This document shows, one piece after another, positions 10,155 through 19,584 of a stretch of DNA of 64,000 nt (position 1 is the stretch's first letter; each line of letters starts with the position of its first letter). The stretch lies in contig CBDBCR010000003.1 in assembly GCA_965203465.1 (NCBI GenBank), positions 256,001-320,000 of the forward strand. Direction: 5' to 3'. The notes below the pieces were generated by a model. It was not told the DNA's origin. It saw only the letters and a program-made list of their open reading frames with translations, and searched no databases. This DNA comes from Nitrosopumilaceae archaeon (lineage in GTDB: Archaea > Thermoproteota > Nitrososphaeria > Nitrososphaerales > Nitrosopumilaceae). The position numbers were made by a program, and so were the translations under genes.

Positions 10155-10332
10155 GCGCCGGCCCCGCCCAACTCACGTTTAAAGATAGCTTGCGGGCGTG
10201 CCGGAAAAACCCCCGCAAATCCGCCCGAGCGGTGGAATTCGGCGCTTTGGGACGGCTGCGAGTCTTCCAGCGGCCGGCCTCTTGCGCGACGCCCACGCCA
10301 ACACTCATAACGCGGTTCGCGCGTTTTCTTGC

Positions 10333-10800
10333 ATGGAATCCAAAAAGAACAGGATAAGGACGAACCTGATACGAAAACAGCAGGCGATCTTCTTGCTCAT
10401 GCTCGCGATCGGCATCGGCCTCTTGCTGGCAAGCCCGCTGTCCGGCCGCTACCTGGTGGCCGAGGGCATAGCCTTTATGTTGGTAGGGGTGGCAGGGCTC
10501 ATCATGTCGTGGACTACGTTCGACATAGGCGCCGGAATAAAGGAGGTGGTCCGCGAGGTGGGCAGGGAGAACAGGGAAGCGATGGACTCTCTGGCGGCGT
10601 CTCAGAAGGAGATGGCGGCGTCGATGGACAGAATGGCGGCGTCTCAGAAGGAGATGGCGGCGTCTCAGAAGGAGATGGCGGCGTCTCAGAAGGAGACTCA
10701 AATGATGATAGCAGCGTCGATGGGCAAGATATCAGAATCCCAAGACAGCATAGCAAGGCTGCTGGAGCGCGTGGTAAAGAACACCGGCACGGGTGCATGA
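10333..10800 (+). CDS. Two-TM membrane protein with heptad coiled-coil repeats, copy 1
   Basis: Two hydrophobic helices followed by (M/L)AASQKE heptads. Confidence 0.75.
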   Translation: MESKKNRIRTNLIRKQQAIFLLMLAIGIGLLLASPLSGRYLVAEGIAFMLVGVAGLIMSWTTFDIGAGIKEVVREVGRENREAMDSLAASQKEMAASMDRMAASQKEMAASQKEMAASQKETQMMIAASMGKISESQDSIARLLERVVKNTGTGA

Positions 10801-10987
10801 CGCCCGGACAACCCGGCCCCACCCAACTCGCGTTTAAAGATAGCTTGCGGGCGTGCCGGAAAAACCCCCGCAAATCCGCCCGAGCGGTGGAATTCGGCGC
10901 TTTGGGACGGCTGCGAGTCTTCCAGCGGCCGGCCTCTTGCGCGACGCCCACGCCAACACTCATAACGCGGTTCGCGCGTTTTCTTGC

Positions 10988-11413
10988 ATGGAATCCAAAA
11001 AGAACAGGATAAGGACGAACCTGATACGAAAACAGCAGGCCATCTTCTTGCTCATGCTCGCGATCGGCATCGGCCTCTTGCTGGCAAGCCCGCTGTCCGG
11101 CCGCTACCTGGTGGCCGAGGGCATAGCCTTTATGTTGGTAGGGGTGGCAGGGCTCATCATGTCGTGGACTACGTTCGACATAGGCGCCGGAATAAAGGAG
11201 GTGGTCCGCGAGGTGGGCAGGGAGAACAGGGAGGCGATGGACTCTCTGGCAGCGTCTCAGAAGGAGATGGCGGCGTCGATGGACAGAATGGCGGCGTCTC
11301 AGAAGGAGACTCAAATGATGATAGCGGCGTCGATGGACAAGATATCAGAATCCCAAGACAACATAGCAAGGCTGTTGGAGCGCGTGGTAAAGAACACCGG
11401 CACGGGGGCCTGA
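10988..11413 (+). CDS. Two-TM membrane protein with heptad coiled-coil repeats, copy 2
   Basis: Paralog of 10333-10800, two heptads (42 bp) shorter. Confidence 0.75.
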   Translation: MESKKNRIRTNLIRKQQAIFLLMLAIGIGLLLASPLSGRYLVAEGIAFMLVGVAGLIMSWTTFDIGAGIKEVVREVGRENREAMDSLAASQKEMAASMDRMAASQKETQMMIAASMDKISESQDNIARLLERVVKNTGTGA

Positions 11414-11480
11414 CACCCGGACAACCCTGGCCCGCCCGCCACGCGCTTCGGGCATGGCCCCGGCTGGCGCGGATCGCGCG

Positions 11481-12785
11481 CTACGCGGGATCCGGCCCCA
11501 CGCCGAGGGCCACGTACTCGCCTGCCGCGCCGGGCCGCACTATCCTGCGCGTGTCTATGACCAGCCGGCGCCGCATGCGCGAGGTCTGGCGCGCCGAGAT
11601 GCGCGCGTACCCCTGCCAGGCGGTCATCACCACGGCGCAGTCTGCCAAGATGAGGCATTCGGACACGGTGCGGCAGTACTCGAAGCCTGGGCCGAGGACC
11701 GCGCGCGCGCCGTCTAGCGCCAGCGGATCGTGCAGGCGCACGCGGTACCCCGCGCGCGCCAGCCCGCGCGCCAGCGTTATCGAGACGGATCCGCGCACGT
11801 CCCCCGACCCTTCCTTGAACGCGAGCCCCAGCAGCGCCACCCGGGCGCCGCGCCGGAGCCGGGAGCGCACCGACCTTGCTACCGATTCGGCGCGCGCCCT
11901 GTTGGCGGCGCGCACGCCGCGCAGCAGCGAGCCGTCCGCGCCGGCCCTGCCGCACTCTGCTATCAGCGAGTCCAGGTCCTTTGGCAGGCACGAGCCCCCG
12001 AAGCCGGGCCCCGCGTTCAGGAAGAGCGGTCCGATGCGCGGATCGGCGCCGATGGACCTCGCCACGGAGTCCACGCGCGCGCCGGGCACGCGCTCGCACA
12101 TGCCGGCTATCGTGTTGATGAAGCTGATCTTTGTGGCAAGAAAGGCGTTGTTCGCGTACTTTGCCATCTCGGCGCCGGCCAGCGTGTCGTGGAATACGGG
12201 CACGCCCGGCGGCAGGATGCGCCGCAGCACCGCCGAGGCGCGCCTGCGCGAGGCCTGGTCATCGGTGCCCACCACCGCCGCGTGAGGCCTCTGCTGGTCG
12301 CGCACCGCGCTGCCCTCGCGCAGAAACTCCGGCATGCACGCGAGCAGCAGGCCGCGCCCCGCCTTCAGGCCCGAGCTTTTTTCCAGCGCCCTCTTGATCG
12401 GCCCGCCAGTCGTGCCCGGCGGCACGGTGCTCTTTACTGCCACCAGCGTGCCCCCGGCGCCGCGCATGGCCGAGCCGGCCTGGCCGGCGGCGGACACCAC
12501 GGCGCGCAGGTCCGCGCGGCCGCGTCTCCCCGGCGTGCCGACCGCCAGGAATATGCACGCGGCGCGCGCGTCGGCCGGCCCGAGCCCCGCCGAAAAAGAG
12601 ATCGAGCTTCCCGCGCGGCGCATCAGTTCCCGCAGCCCGGGCTCGAAGAACGGCACCTCCCCGCGCTCCAGCTTGGCGCGCAGGCCCGCGTCCTTTTCGA
12701 CGCAGTTGACCCCCACGCCGCGCGAGGCCATTACGGCCGCGAGCGAGAGCCCCACTACCCCCATACCCACGACCGCGGCGCGCAC
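11481..12785 (-). CDS. ugd: UDP-glucose/GDP-mannose dehydrogenase
   Basis: GMGVVG, PEFLREG, KYANNAFLA, GFGGSCLPKD motifs. Confidence 0.92.
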   Translation of the reverse strand: MRAAVVGMGVVGLSLAAVMASRGVGVNCVEKDAGLRAKLERGEVPFFEPGLRELMRRAGSSISFSAGLGPADARAACIFLAVGTPGRRGRADLRAVVSAAGQAGSAMRGAGGTLVAVKSTVPPGTTGGPIKRALEKSSGLKAGRGLLLACMPEFLREGSAVRDQQRPHAAVVGTDDQASRRRASAVLRRILPPGVPVFHDTLAGAEMAKYANNAFLATKISFINTIAGMCERVPGARVDSVARSIGADPRIGPLFLNAGPGFGGSCLPKDLDSLIAECGRAGADGSLLRGVRAANRARAESVARSVRSRLRRGARVALLGLAFKEGSGDVRGSVSITLARGLARAGYRVRLHDPLALDGARAVLGPGFEYCRTVSECLILADCAVVMTAWQGYARISARQTSRMRRRLVIDTRRIVRPGAAGEYVALGVGPDPA

Positions 12786-12899
12786 GGGGGCGGGCCGGCC
12801 CGGGCGCGTATTAAACCGTGTACGGCGCCTGTTTCACGTCCGTGGAGCCGGATCCCAGGAAAGCTAGGTTAATTAAGCGACCCTGCGCGCCCCCGCCCC

Positions 12900-13418
12900 G
12901 TGAAGATGCAGGCGTCGCTGCGCAGGCTGCTCAACAAGCAGATAGGCATGGAGGCCGACGCGGCCAGAAAGTACCTGTCGGTGGCCTCGTGGGCAGAGTA
13001 CACCGGCTACGACGGCGCGGCATCGTTCTTTTACAACCAGTCCGACGAGGAGCGCGGGCACATGCTCAAGATAATCCACTTCATGAACAAGCTGGGGGTG
13101 CACGCCGAGGTGCCCACGTCGACAAAGCCGCCCACCTCGTTCAGATCCTTGGAGGCGGCCCTAAAGGTCGCCCTAAAGAGCGAGCAGGCCGTCTCGGCGG
13201 CCGTGACAAAGATAGTCGACGAGGCCGCGCGCCGCAAAAACTACCACGTGTACACCTTCATGCAGTGGTTCGTCACCGAGCAGGCCGAAGAGGAGGAAAA
13301 GTTCGAGGCCATCCTGCAAAAGTTCGACCTGATAGGCAGGGACAAGCTGGCGATCAACGAGATCGACAAGATCTTGGCCGCCGCGCCGGCCGGCGATCCG
13401 CCCGATCAGGGTGCCTGA
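12900..13418 (+). CDS. ftnA: Ferritin
   Basis: QSDEERGH, SEQ and MQWFVTEQAEEE ferroxidase motifs. Confidence 0.9.
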   Translation: MKMQASLRRLLNKQIGMEADAARKYLSVASWAEYTGYDGAASFFYNQSDEERGHMLKIIHFMNKLGVHAEVPTSTKPPTSFRSLEAALKVALKSEQAVSAAVTKIVDEAARRKNYHVYTFMQWFVTEQAEEEEKFEAILQKFDLIGRDKLAINEIDKILAAAPAGDPPDQGA

Positions 13419-13944
13419 AGCAGCCGGTCACGTGGTCGTTCACAACCCCGACGGCCTGCATCAACGAGTAGCATATGACGGGCCCTGCGAACGTGAACCC
13501 GCGCCGCCGCAGGTCGGAGCTGAGCTTTTCCGACGCCGGCGTAGAGGCGGGCACCTCCTTTTCGCTCCGGAACCGGTTGACCACGGGCCTCTTGCCGCGC
13601 CACAGGTACCTGTCAAAGCTGCCGAATTCCGCCCGGACCTCAAGGAACCGCGCCGCGTTGTTGACCGCCGAGCGCACCTTGGCCCGGTTGCGCACTATGC
13701 GCGTATCGGAGAGCAGGCGCGCCTCGTCGCGCGCCCCGTACCCGGCCACCTTTGCCGGATCGAAGCCGTCGAAGGCGGCGCGGTACCCCCCGCGCCTCTC
13801 CAGTATAGTCCTCCACGAGAGGCCGGCCTGCGCGCCCTCGAGCACCAGAAACTCGAACAGCCGCCGATCGTCGTGCTCCGGCACGCCCCACTCCTCGTCG
13901 TGGTACCGCACCTCGGAAGGGGCCCGGGCCCAGCTGCAGCGCAA
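13354..13944 (-). CDS. tag: DNA-3-methyladenine glycosylase I
   Basis: RCSW, YHDEEWG, LEGAQAGLSW and NDHVTGC motifs. Confidence 0.93.
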   Translation of the reverse strand: MRCSWARAPSEVRYHDEEWGVPEHDDRRLFEFLVLEGAQAGLSWRTILERRGGYRAAFDGFDPAKVAGYGARDEARLLSDTRIVRNRAKVRSAVNNAARFLEVRAEFGSFDRYLWRGKRPVVNRFRSEKEVPASTPASEKLSSDLRRRGFTFAGPVICYSLMQAVGVVNDHVTGCFRHPDRADRRPARRPRSCRSR

Positions 13945-14004
13945 CGCGCCCGCCCCGGCAGGGGCCCATAAAACCTTAAAATTTGGCCCGGCCGGGGCGC
14001 GGGC

Positions 14005-14583
14005 GTGTCCGACGGGCTGACCACCGGCGATCTGGCAAAGCTTGCAGAGGCCCGCGCCGAGCGGGCCGCCAAGGAGGCGGCCGACGCAAAGGCGGCCGCC
14101 GACGCGACCGCCGAAAAAGAGTACGCCGAGGCCGCAAAGACCGCCCAGGGGGCGTCGGCCGCCGACAAGTTCACCAACAAGCGCGCCGGCGAGCAGATAT
14201 TCAGGCGCGAGATGGGCGAGCCCGAGTTCTGGCTGACAAAGGAGGCGCTAGTGCCCCCCAGGCCCGTCCTCTCGCAGGAAGAGGCCGACGAGATAACCCG
14301 CAGGGTCGAGATACCGGCCGACCAGACCCCAAAGTACGAGCCCGAAAACGTGCTCAGCCCCGAGTTCGGCGGCATGTCCAACTACGAGCGCGGCGTGGGC
14401 GACTTCCGCGGCCGGCTGGAGGCCGAGCTGGAGCGGCTGCGCGCCGACCCGGGCGCCGACCCCCGCAGCATAGAGCGCGCCGAGCGCGAGATAGCCAAGA
14501 TGAGATCCCTGTACGAAAACTACCACGTGGGCATGAACGTCTTCCGCACCGCCAAGGGCGGCAGGGACAAGCTGAGGAAGTGA
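14005..14583 (+). CDS. Hypothetical protein
   Basis: Natural codon usage, TATA-like sequence upstream, abuts the hemA-like gene. Confidence 0.7.
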   Translation: MSDGLTTGDLAKLAEARAERAAKEAADAKAAADATAEKEYAEAAKTAQGASAADKFTNKRAGEQIFRREMGEPEFWLTKEALVPPRPVLSQEEADEITRRVEIPADQTPKYEPENVLSPEFGGMSNYERGVGDFRGRLEAELERLRADPGADPRSIERAEREIAKMRSLYENYHVGMNVFRTAKGGRDKLRK

Positions 14584-14584
14584 G

Positions 14585-15796
14585 ATGGAAGGCACCGACT
14601 ACACCCTGATCAGCGCCAGGGTCACCTTCAAGAACGTGCCCATGCACAAGATGTGCAGGTACCGCTTCAAGGACGCCGGCCCCGTCTGCGACGGCCTAAA
14701 GGCCATAAGCGGCGTGTCCGAGTGCGCCGTGGTGCAGACGACCAGCAGGGTCGAGATATACCTGGTGGCCGGCCCGGGCCCGGATCTGTCCGCGACGGTG
14801 CGCAGCATAGAGGAGGTCTGGGCCGACAACGCCGACCTCGACGAGTGGGACGTGGACCATTTCGACCAGACCATAGAGGTGTACACCGACCGCAGGGTGT
14901 GCCAGAATTTGCTGGAGCTTGCCACCGGCCTGCTCTCGGTGGTCACCGGCAAGAACGAGATAATGGGGCAGGTAAAGGACGCCGCGGCGGCGGCCAGGGA
15001 GGCGGGCCACTCGGGGCCGGTCCTCGACAAGCTCTTCGAGACGGCGCTGCGCGTCTCGGCCCGCATACGATCCGAGACGGGCATGGGCGGCAGCGTAAAG
15101 TCGATAGGCGACATCGCCGTAAAGATGGCCGACGAGAACGTCGGGCTCGACGCCAAGAAGAAGATACTGCTTCTGGGCACCGGCGAGAGGGCAGCCCGCG
15201 TGGCAAAGGCGCTCAACAGGCGCGAGGCAAAGTTCTCCGTGGCCAGCATGCAGGAGGAGCGCGCCGCCGGCTTTGCCCAGCTGTTCGGCGGCGAGCCGGC
15301 CGGATTCGGCGACGTCATGTCCGAGTTCGGCAAGTTCGACGTGGTCTTCGTGGCCACGACGGCCGACTACTTTATCCTCTCGCACGACCGCATACGGCGC
15401 CAGATGGACGGCAAGAACGTGGGCACCATGATACTGGACATCTCGGATCCGCGCGCGGTCAGCGAGGACGTCTCTCAGAGCCCCGGCGTGAAGCTGATGT
15501 TCAGCGACCAGGTGGACGAGCGGCACGCCGAGTTCCGCCGCCGGGCCGAGGCGCTCGTGCCGGCAGTCAAAAAGGCCGTCGCCGCCGAGGCGCCGGTGGT
15601 CGAGGCGGCCCTCAGGATGGTAAAGAGCGGCGGGCAGAGCAAGGACGTGTTCGCCAAGATAGACGAGATGCGCGAGGCCGAGCTGCGCCGCGCCCTCGAG
15701 CAGCTGGGCGAGATAGGCGAGGAAAAGGTCAAGATAATAGAAGGCCTGACGAGGTCGGTCGTCAAGAAGATAGTGGCCGCGCCCGAAAAGGACTAG
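14585..15796 (+). CDS. hemA: Glutamyl-tRNA reductase-like protein lacking the catalytic Cys
   Basis: HemA architecture (IMGQVK, RIRSETG, ILDISDPR), but QTTSRVE replaces TCNRxE. Confidence 0.8.
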   Translation: MEGTDYTLISARVTFKNVPMHKMCRYRFKDAGPVCDGLKAISGVSECAVVQTTSRVEIYLVAGPGPDLSATVRSIEEVWADNADLDEWDVDHFDQTIEVYTDRRVCQNLLELATGLLSVVTGKNEIMGQVKDAAAAAREAGHSGPVLDKLFETALRVSARIRSETGMGGSVKSIGDIAVKMADENVGLDAKKKILLLGTGERAARVAKALNRREAKFSVASMQEERAAGFAQLFGGEPAGFGDVMSEFGKFDVVFVATTADYFILSHDRIRRQMDGKNVGTMILDISDPRAVSEDVSQSPGVKLMFSDQVDERHAEFRRRAEALVPAVKKAVAAEAPVVEAALRMVKSGGQSKDVFAKIDEMREAELRRALEQLGEIGEEKVKIIEGLTRSVVKKIVAAPEKD

Positions 15797-16626
15797 CCGT
15801 ACGATTCGTACTTTATCGAATAGCTGCCGTCCGGCTTCTTGTCGTGCAGCGTCACGAACCCGCGGTCCTTCACGTGCTCTATGACGCCGTCTATGGTCCC
15901 CTGGTAGCCGCATATGTAGATCATGGTGTTGTCCGGCGTTATCTGCTCGCCGACCATCTCGTCGATGGGCGAGGGCTTGCCCGGGCCGGGCGACTTGAAG
16001 AACGATTCGACCCTGCCTGTGTGGCCCGACCATGAGCGGTTGAACCACTCCTTGGGCCTGCTGATGGCCGCGCGGTACCTAAAGTTCCAGCCGCCCCCCG
16101 ACTGGTTCTCGAGGTCGGAAAACTCCTCCTTGTAGCTGAGCTCGTCTACGTAGCTTGCCCCGTGGAGCACCACTATCTCGCGCGTGTCGCCGACCGCGCG
16201 CAGGTGCTTGGCGAACGCCACGAACGGGGCTATGCCGGTGCCTCCCCCCACGCAGACTATCCTCCTGCGGTCGGGGCCGCCGCCGGGAAGCTCGTCGTCT
16301 ATGGTCAGCGCGTTGCCCGTCGGCATGCCGAAGCCTATCTTGTCGCCCTCGCTCGCGTAAAAGAGCATCGTGGTGACCCTGCCGGGCAGCGGCTTGCGCA
16401 CCCAGCGGATCACGAACTCGAAGTAGTCGCGGTTCTCCGGGTGGGAGGCGATAGAGTAGGCGCGCCGGACCACCTTGTAGCCCTCCGAGACGACGGGCAG
16501 CGCCAGGGTCAAGAACTGGCCCGTGGTGTATTCTGGCATGCCCTCGTCGGGCACCATGCGCAGTATCATCAGATCCTCGCGCAGCAGCCGTATGTGCGTT
16601 ATCGTAGCCTGGTGATCCTTTACCAC
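15793..16626 (-). CDS. Ferredoxin--NADP+ reductase family protein
   Basis: RRAYSIAS, GGGTGIAPF and YICG motifs. Confidence 0.9.
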   Translation of the reverse strand: MVKDHQATITHIRLLREDLMILRMVPDEGMPEYTTGQFLTLALPVVSEGYKVVRRAYSIASHPENRDYFEFVIRWVRKPLPGRVTTMLFYASEGDKIGFGMPTGNALTIDDELPGGGPDRRRIVCVGGGTGIAPFVAFAKHLRAVGDTREIVVLHGASYVDELSYKEEFSDLENQSGGGWNFRYRAAISRPKEWFNRSWSGHTGRVESFFKSPGPGKPSPIDEMVGEQITPDNTMIYICGYQGTIDGVIEHVKDRGFVTLHDKKPDGSYSIKYESYG

Positions 16627-16944
16627 GGCTTGCGGCCCCCGGCTCGCATTAAATAGATTTTGGCCCGGCGCGGGTACACGGGCACCTCCCCGCCCGCGTC
16701 CCACGAGACTATGCCGGAGGGGTCGCGCAGGGCGTCGGTGTATTTTTTGCCCGCCGAGCGCCGAGGCCGCCATCTGGGTGAGCCCGAACTAGGGATGGTT
16801 TTCCAGGGACTGGACGAACTCTTGGCCCACCGATCCGGTCGCGCCGATGACCGCTGCCCGCTTCACGGGCCCGGGGCCCCACAAGGCAGGTAATAATTTT
16901 TGCAAAGGCCCGCCCCCGGCCGGCGGGCGCCCGTCCGAGGCAGG

Positions 16945-19584
16945 CTACGGCCGGCGCGACAGGCGCCTGTACGCCAGAACGGCCGCTGCCGGCGATCCCA
17001 GAAGCGAGGCGTTGAACATTATCACCAGCGAGCCGAGCATGACCGTCTGGGCCTCGGATTCTGCCAATTCCATGATTCCCAGCGACCAGAGCGCCGGCTG
17101 CAAGGACACCCGGACGGCCTCCTTGAAGGCCGGGCTGGACCTCTCGAGGTCGGCGACGGCCGGCGAGAACGCGTAATAGAACTGGTTGAAACCGGACATG
17201 AACGCAGAGCCGGCGCCCGTCGAGAGCGCGCCGTCTCGGATCTCGCGCAGCCGCTGCACCTGCTCGGCCGTCTCGGTTCCGTACGCGGCAGTAGCTATGA
17301 GGCAGCCGCCGCCCTCGTCTGCCGGAACCGGCGTGCAGGTTCCGTCGTCTGCGAGGAACGTGCCCGGCCCGCAGACCGGCTCGGCGGTCTCTGGCTCGTC
17401 GGTGATCGGCTCCTGCGTGATCGGCGCTGCGGGCTCCGGCTCGGGTGCAGGCGGCTCTGGATCCTCGGGCGGCGCGGCCGGAGCTGCCGGCTCTACTACA
17501 GGCTCGGCGGGCGGCGCGGGCTGCTCGGCCGGCTCTTGGCGCTCGGCCTCTTGCCGCTCGGGCTCCTGCACCTCGAAGGGCTGCGAGGCCGCCCTCGGCT
17601 CGGGCACGTCGAAGGTCCTCGTCCCGGTGCAAGAGTCGATGTTTACCGATTCGGTGTCCGACGCTATGGTGCGGTTCGATACGAGCGTGGCAGAGATCCT
17701 CGCGAACGACTCCGACGAGCCGAACGGCGCGGTGAATTCGCCGTACCCGCCGACTTCTCCAGACTGCGTCATGCGGACCACGCCGGCCACCGGCATGCGG
17801 AGCGTCACGTCCAGAGAGCCCGACGACGGGCCGGCGACCACCGTCACGGTGCCAGCCTCGCAGTCCCACGAGGCAGACCTGATATAGACCGCTTCTGTTC
17901 CCGCGCCCCCGTCCAGCGTCGTTCCCGAGACCCGGGCGCTGCCGCCCCCGCCTCCGCCGCCACCGCCGCCACCGCCTCCGCCGCTGGCTGCGGTTCTCTG
18001 CGGGGGCGCCGCGACATCGAGGGTCGCGCGCTCTGCAGGGGCGGCTGGCGGCGCGGTCTGCGTGGTGTACGAGACCTGCCACCTGCCGTCGATGTACCTG
18101 AGCGTCTCGTAGGCCGCAGAGGCCAAGTCGCCCCTGGCGTCGAGCTGCGCGCTTCCCATCAGCCCGCGGTGCCCGAGGGCCGCGGCCGGCACAGCGTCGC
18201 CCAAGCCGCCCTCTCCCGTCACCCTCGTGGAATCGGACAGCACTATGGCCTTGCCCAGCACCTGCACCGAATCGTAGGCGGCGTACGCGCCCGAATAGAC
18301 GCGCGTCTGCCGATCGGTTATGCTCAGCCCGTCCTGTATCGCCTCGGTCACCGTCCGGAACGAGGGGTGGCTGCGGTCTGGCGCGTCGTCGATTACGGTA
18401 AACTTGTTCTTTACGAACTCCAGCACCCCGGCCGACGCGCCGTCGGTGACCGGCCAAAACTGCGACCCGTACCAGTCCAGCGCCGCAAGCGCCGGATCCG
18501 CGGCGGCGGCCTCGACGATGAGCGCGCCGTCGGTTGCGAACGGCGCGAGCAGCACGACGGCCTTGCCCCCCGAGGCGGCGGTCGCTATTTCCGACGCGAC
18601 CGACGCGCCGCTGCCCAGCGCGGTTATGGCGGCAGGATCGTAGGCGACGGGCACCACGCGTATGCCCGAGGCGTTGCGCTGCACCGATTCCAGCAGGGAA
18701 GTTCCCCACGGCTCGCCGTCCCGGTGGACCACCACGACGGTCTGCACTCCCTGCCCGGCTAGCCTGCCTATGAAGAACTCGCCCTGGTTCGCAGTGGGCG
18801 AGAGGAACCTGAATATGTTGTCTTGCAGCGCGAGTGCCGACGATACCGAGCAGCAGCTCAGAAGCATCATGCCGTTGTCGCCCGCGTATTGGCGCATGCC
18901 TGCAAGCTCTGACGAGCTGACCGGCCCGAAGACTATCTTGGTGCCCAGCGCGTTCATGCCCTGGAGTTCGGAAAGGGCCGTCGCCGGCAGGGACGCGGTG
19001 TCGCGCGCGTCCATCTGCAACCGCCACTTTGAGCCAGTATCCGCGAACCTCGCGTTGAGATCCGCCACCCCCCTGACGAGCGCGGCCTCTGCGGGAAGCC
19101 CGTAGTCGGCCGCAAGGTCGCCGGTCCGCGCCACCAGGGCGCCCACCCGGACGGTCTCGGTCGGCGCCGGGGCCGCCGGGGCGGCCACTACCGTCACGGC
19201 GAACTCTTGGAACACCCCCGCCTGCCCCGCCGCCGTCGGCATGGCGTACAGGCTCGGAGAGTACGTCGCGCCGACCGCCGCGCCGGCCGGCACCGCCACG
19301 GTCATCTCCACGTCCAGCGTGTCGCCCGCCGCCATCTGCGCGCTCCGCGCGGACAGCTGCGCCGCCAAGGCGTCCCCGCCCCGCACTTCGAACGCCACCC
19401 CGGTAGCTACGGGCGAGGTGACGCGCAGCACCAGCACGCGCTGCTCGCCGGGGTACATTTCGATCTCTTTGTCGGAGGAATAGACCGGATCGTACCCGAG
19501 GCCGAACGCCTGCGGCACCGCAACGGCCGCCGCCAACAGGGTAGCGGTCAGGAGCGTGCGGTGCATTTTATCCACAACTTGCAA
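16945..19584 (-). CDS. Multidomain surface protein: Ig-like + branched-chain amino acid-type solute-binding domain + Gly/Pro linkers + CFI-box-CTERM
   Basis: Signal peptide; VRVGALVARTGDLA...YAAYDSV SBP core; poly-Gly; GGGCLIATAAYG; TM tail. Confidence 0.8.
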   Translation of the reverse strand: MQVVDKMHRTLLTATLLAAAVAVPQAFGLGYDPVYSSDKEIEMYPGEQRVLVLRVTSPVATGVAFEVRGGDALAAQLSARSAQMAAGDTLDVEMTVAVPAGAAVGATYSPSLYAMPTAAGQAGVFQEFAVTVVAAPAAPAPTETVRVGALVARTGDLAADYGLPAEAALVRGVADLNARFADTGSKWRLQMDARDTASLPATALSELQGMNALGTKIVFGPVSSSELAGMRQYAGDNGMMLLSCCSVSSALALQDNIFRFLSPTANQGEFFIGRLAGQGVQTVVVVHRDGEPWGTSLLESVQRNASGIRVVPVAYDPAAITALGSGASVASEIATAASGGKAVVLLAPFATDGALIVEAAAADPALAALDWYGSQFWPVTDGASAGVLEFVKNKFTVIDDAPDRSHPSFRTVTEAIQDGLSITDRQTRVYSGAYAAYDSVQVLGKAIVLSDSTRVTGEGGLGDAVPAAALGHRGLMGSAQLDARGDLASAAYETLRYIDGRWQVSYTTQTAPPAAPAERATLDVAAPPQRTAASGGGGGGGGGGGGGGSARVSGTTLDGGAGTEAVYIRSASWDCEAGTVTVVAGPSSGSLDVTLRMPVAGVVRMTQSGEVGGYGEFTAPFGSSESFARISATLVSNRTIASDTESVNIDSCTGTRTFDVPEPRAASQPFEVQEPERQEAERQEPAEQPAPPAEPVVEPAAPAAPPEDPEPPAPEPEPAAPITQEPITDEPETAEPVCGPGTFLADDGTCTPVPADEGGGCLIATAAYGTETAEQVQRLREIRDGALSTGAGSAFMSGFNQFYYAFSPAVADLERSSPAFKEAVRVSLQPALWSLGIMELAESEAQTVMLGSLVIMFNASLLGSPAAAVLAYRRLSRRP

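Larger units (their letters stand above)
10160..11435. repeat. Tandem direct duplication, period 655 bp
   Basis: Near-identical sequence starts at about 10160 and 10815, covering upstream region and gene. Confidence 0.95.

Noticed and set aside
10160-11435. Duplicated unit as a DGR template/variable repeat pair
   Set aside because: The whole gene and upstream region are duplicated, differences are few and not confined to adenines, and no reverse transcriptase is present.
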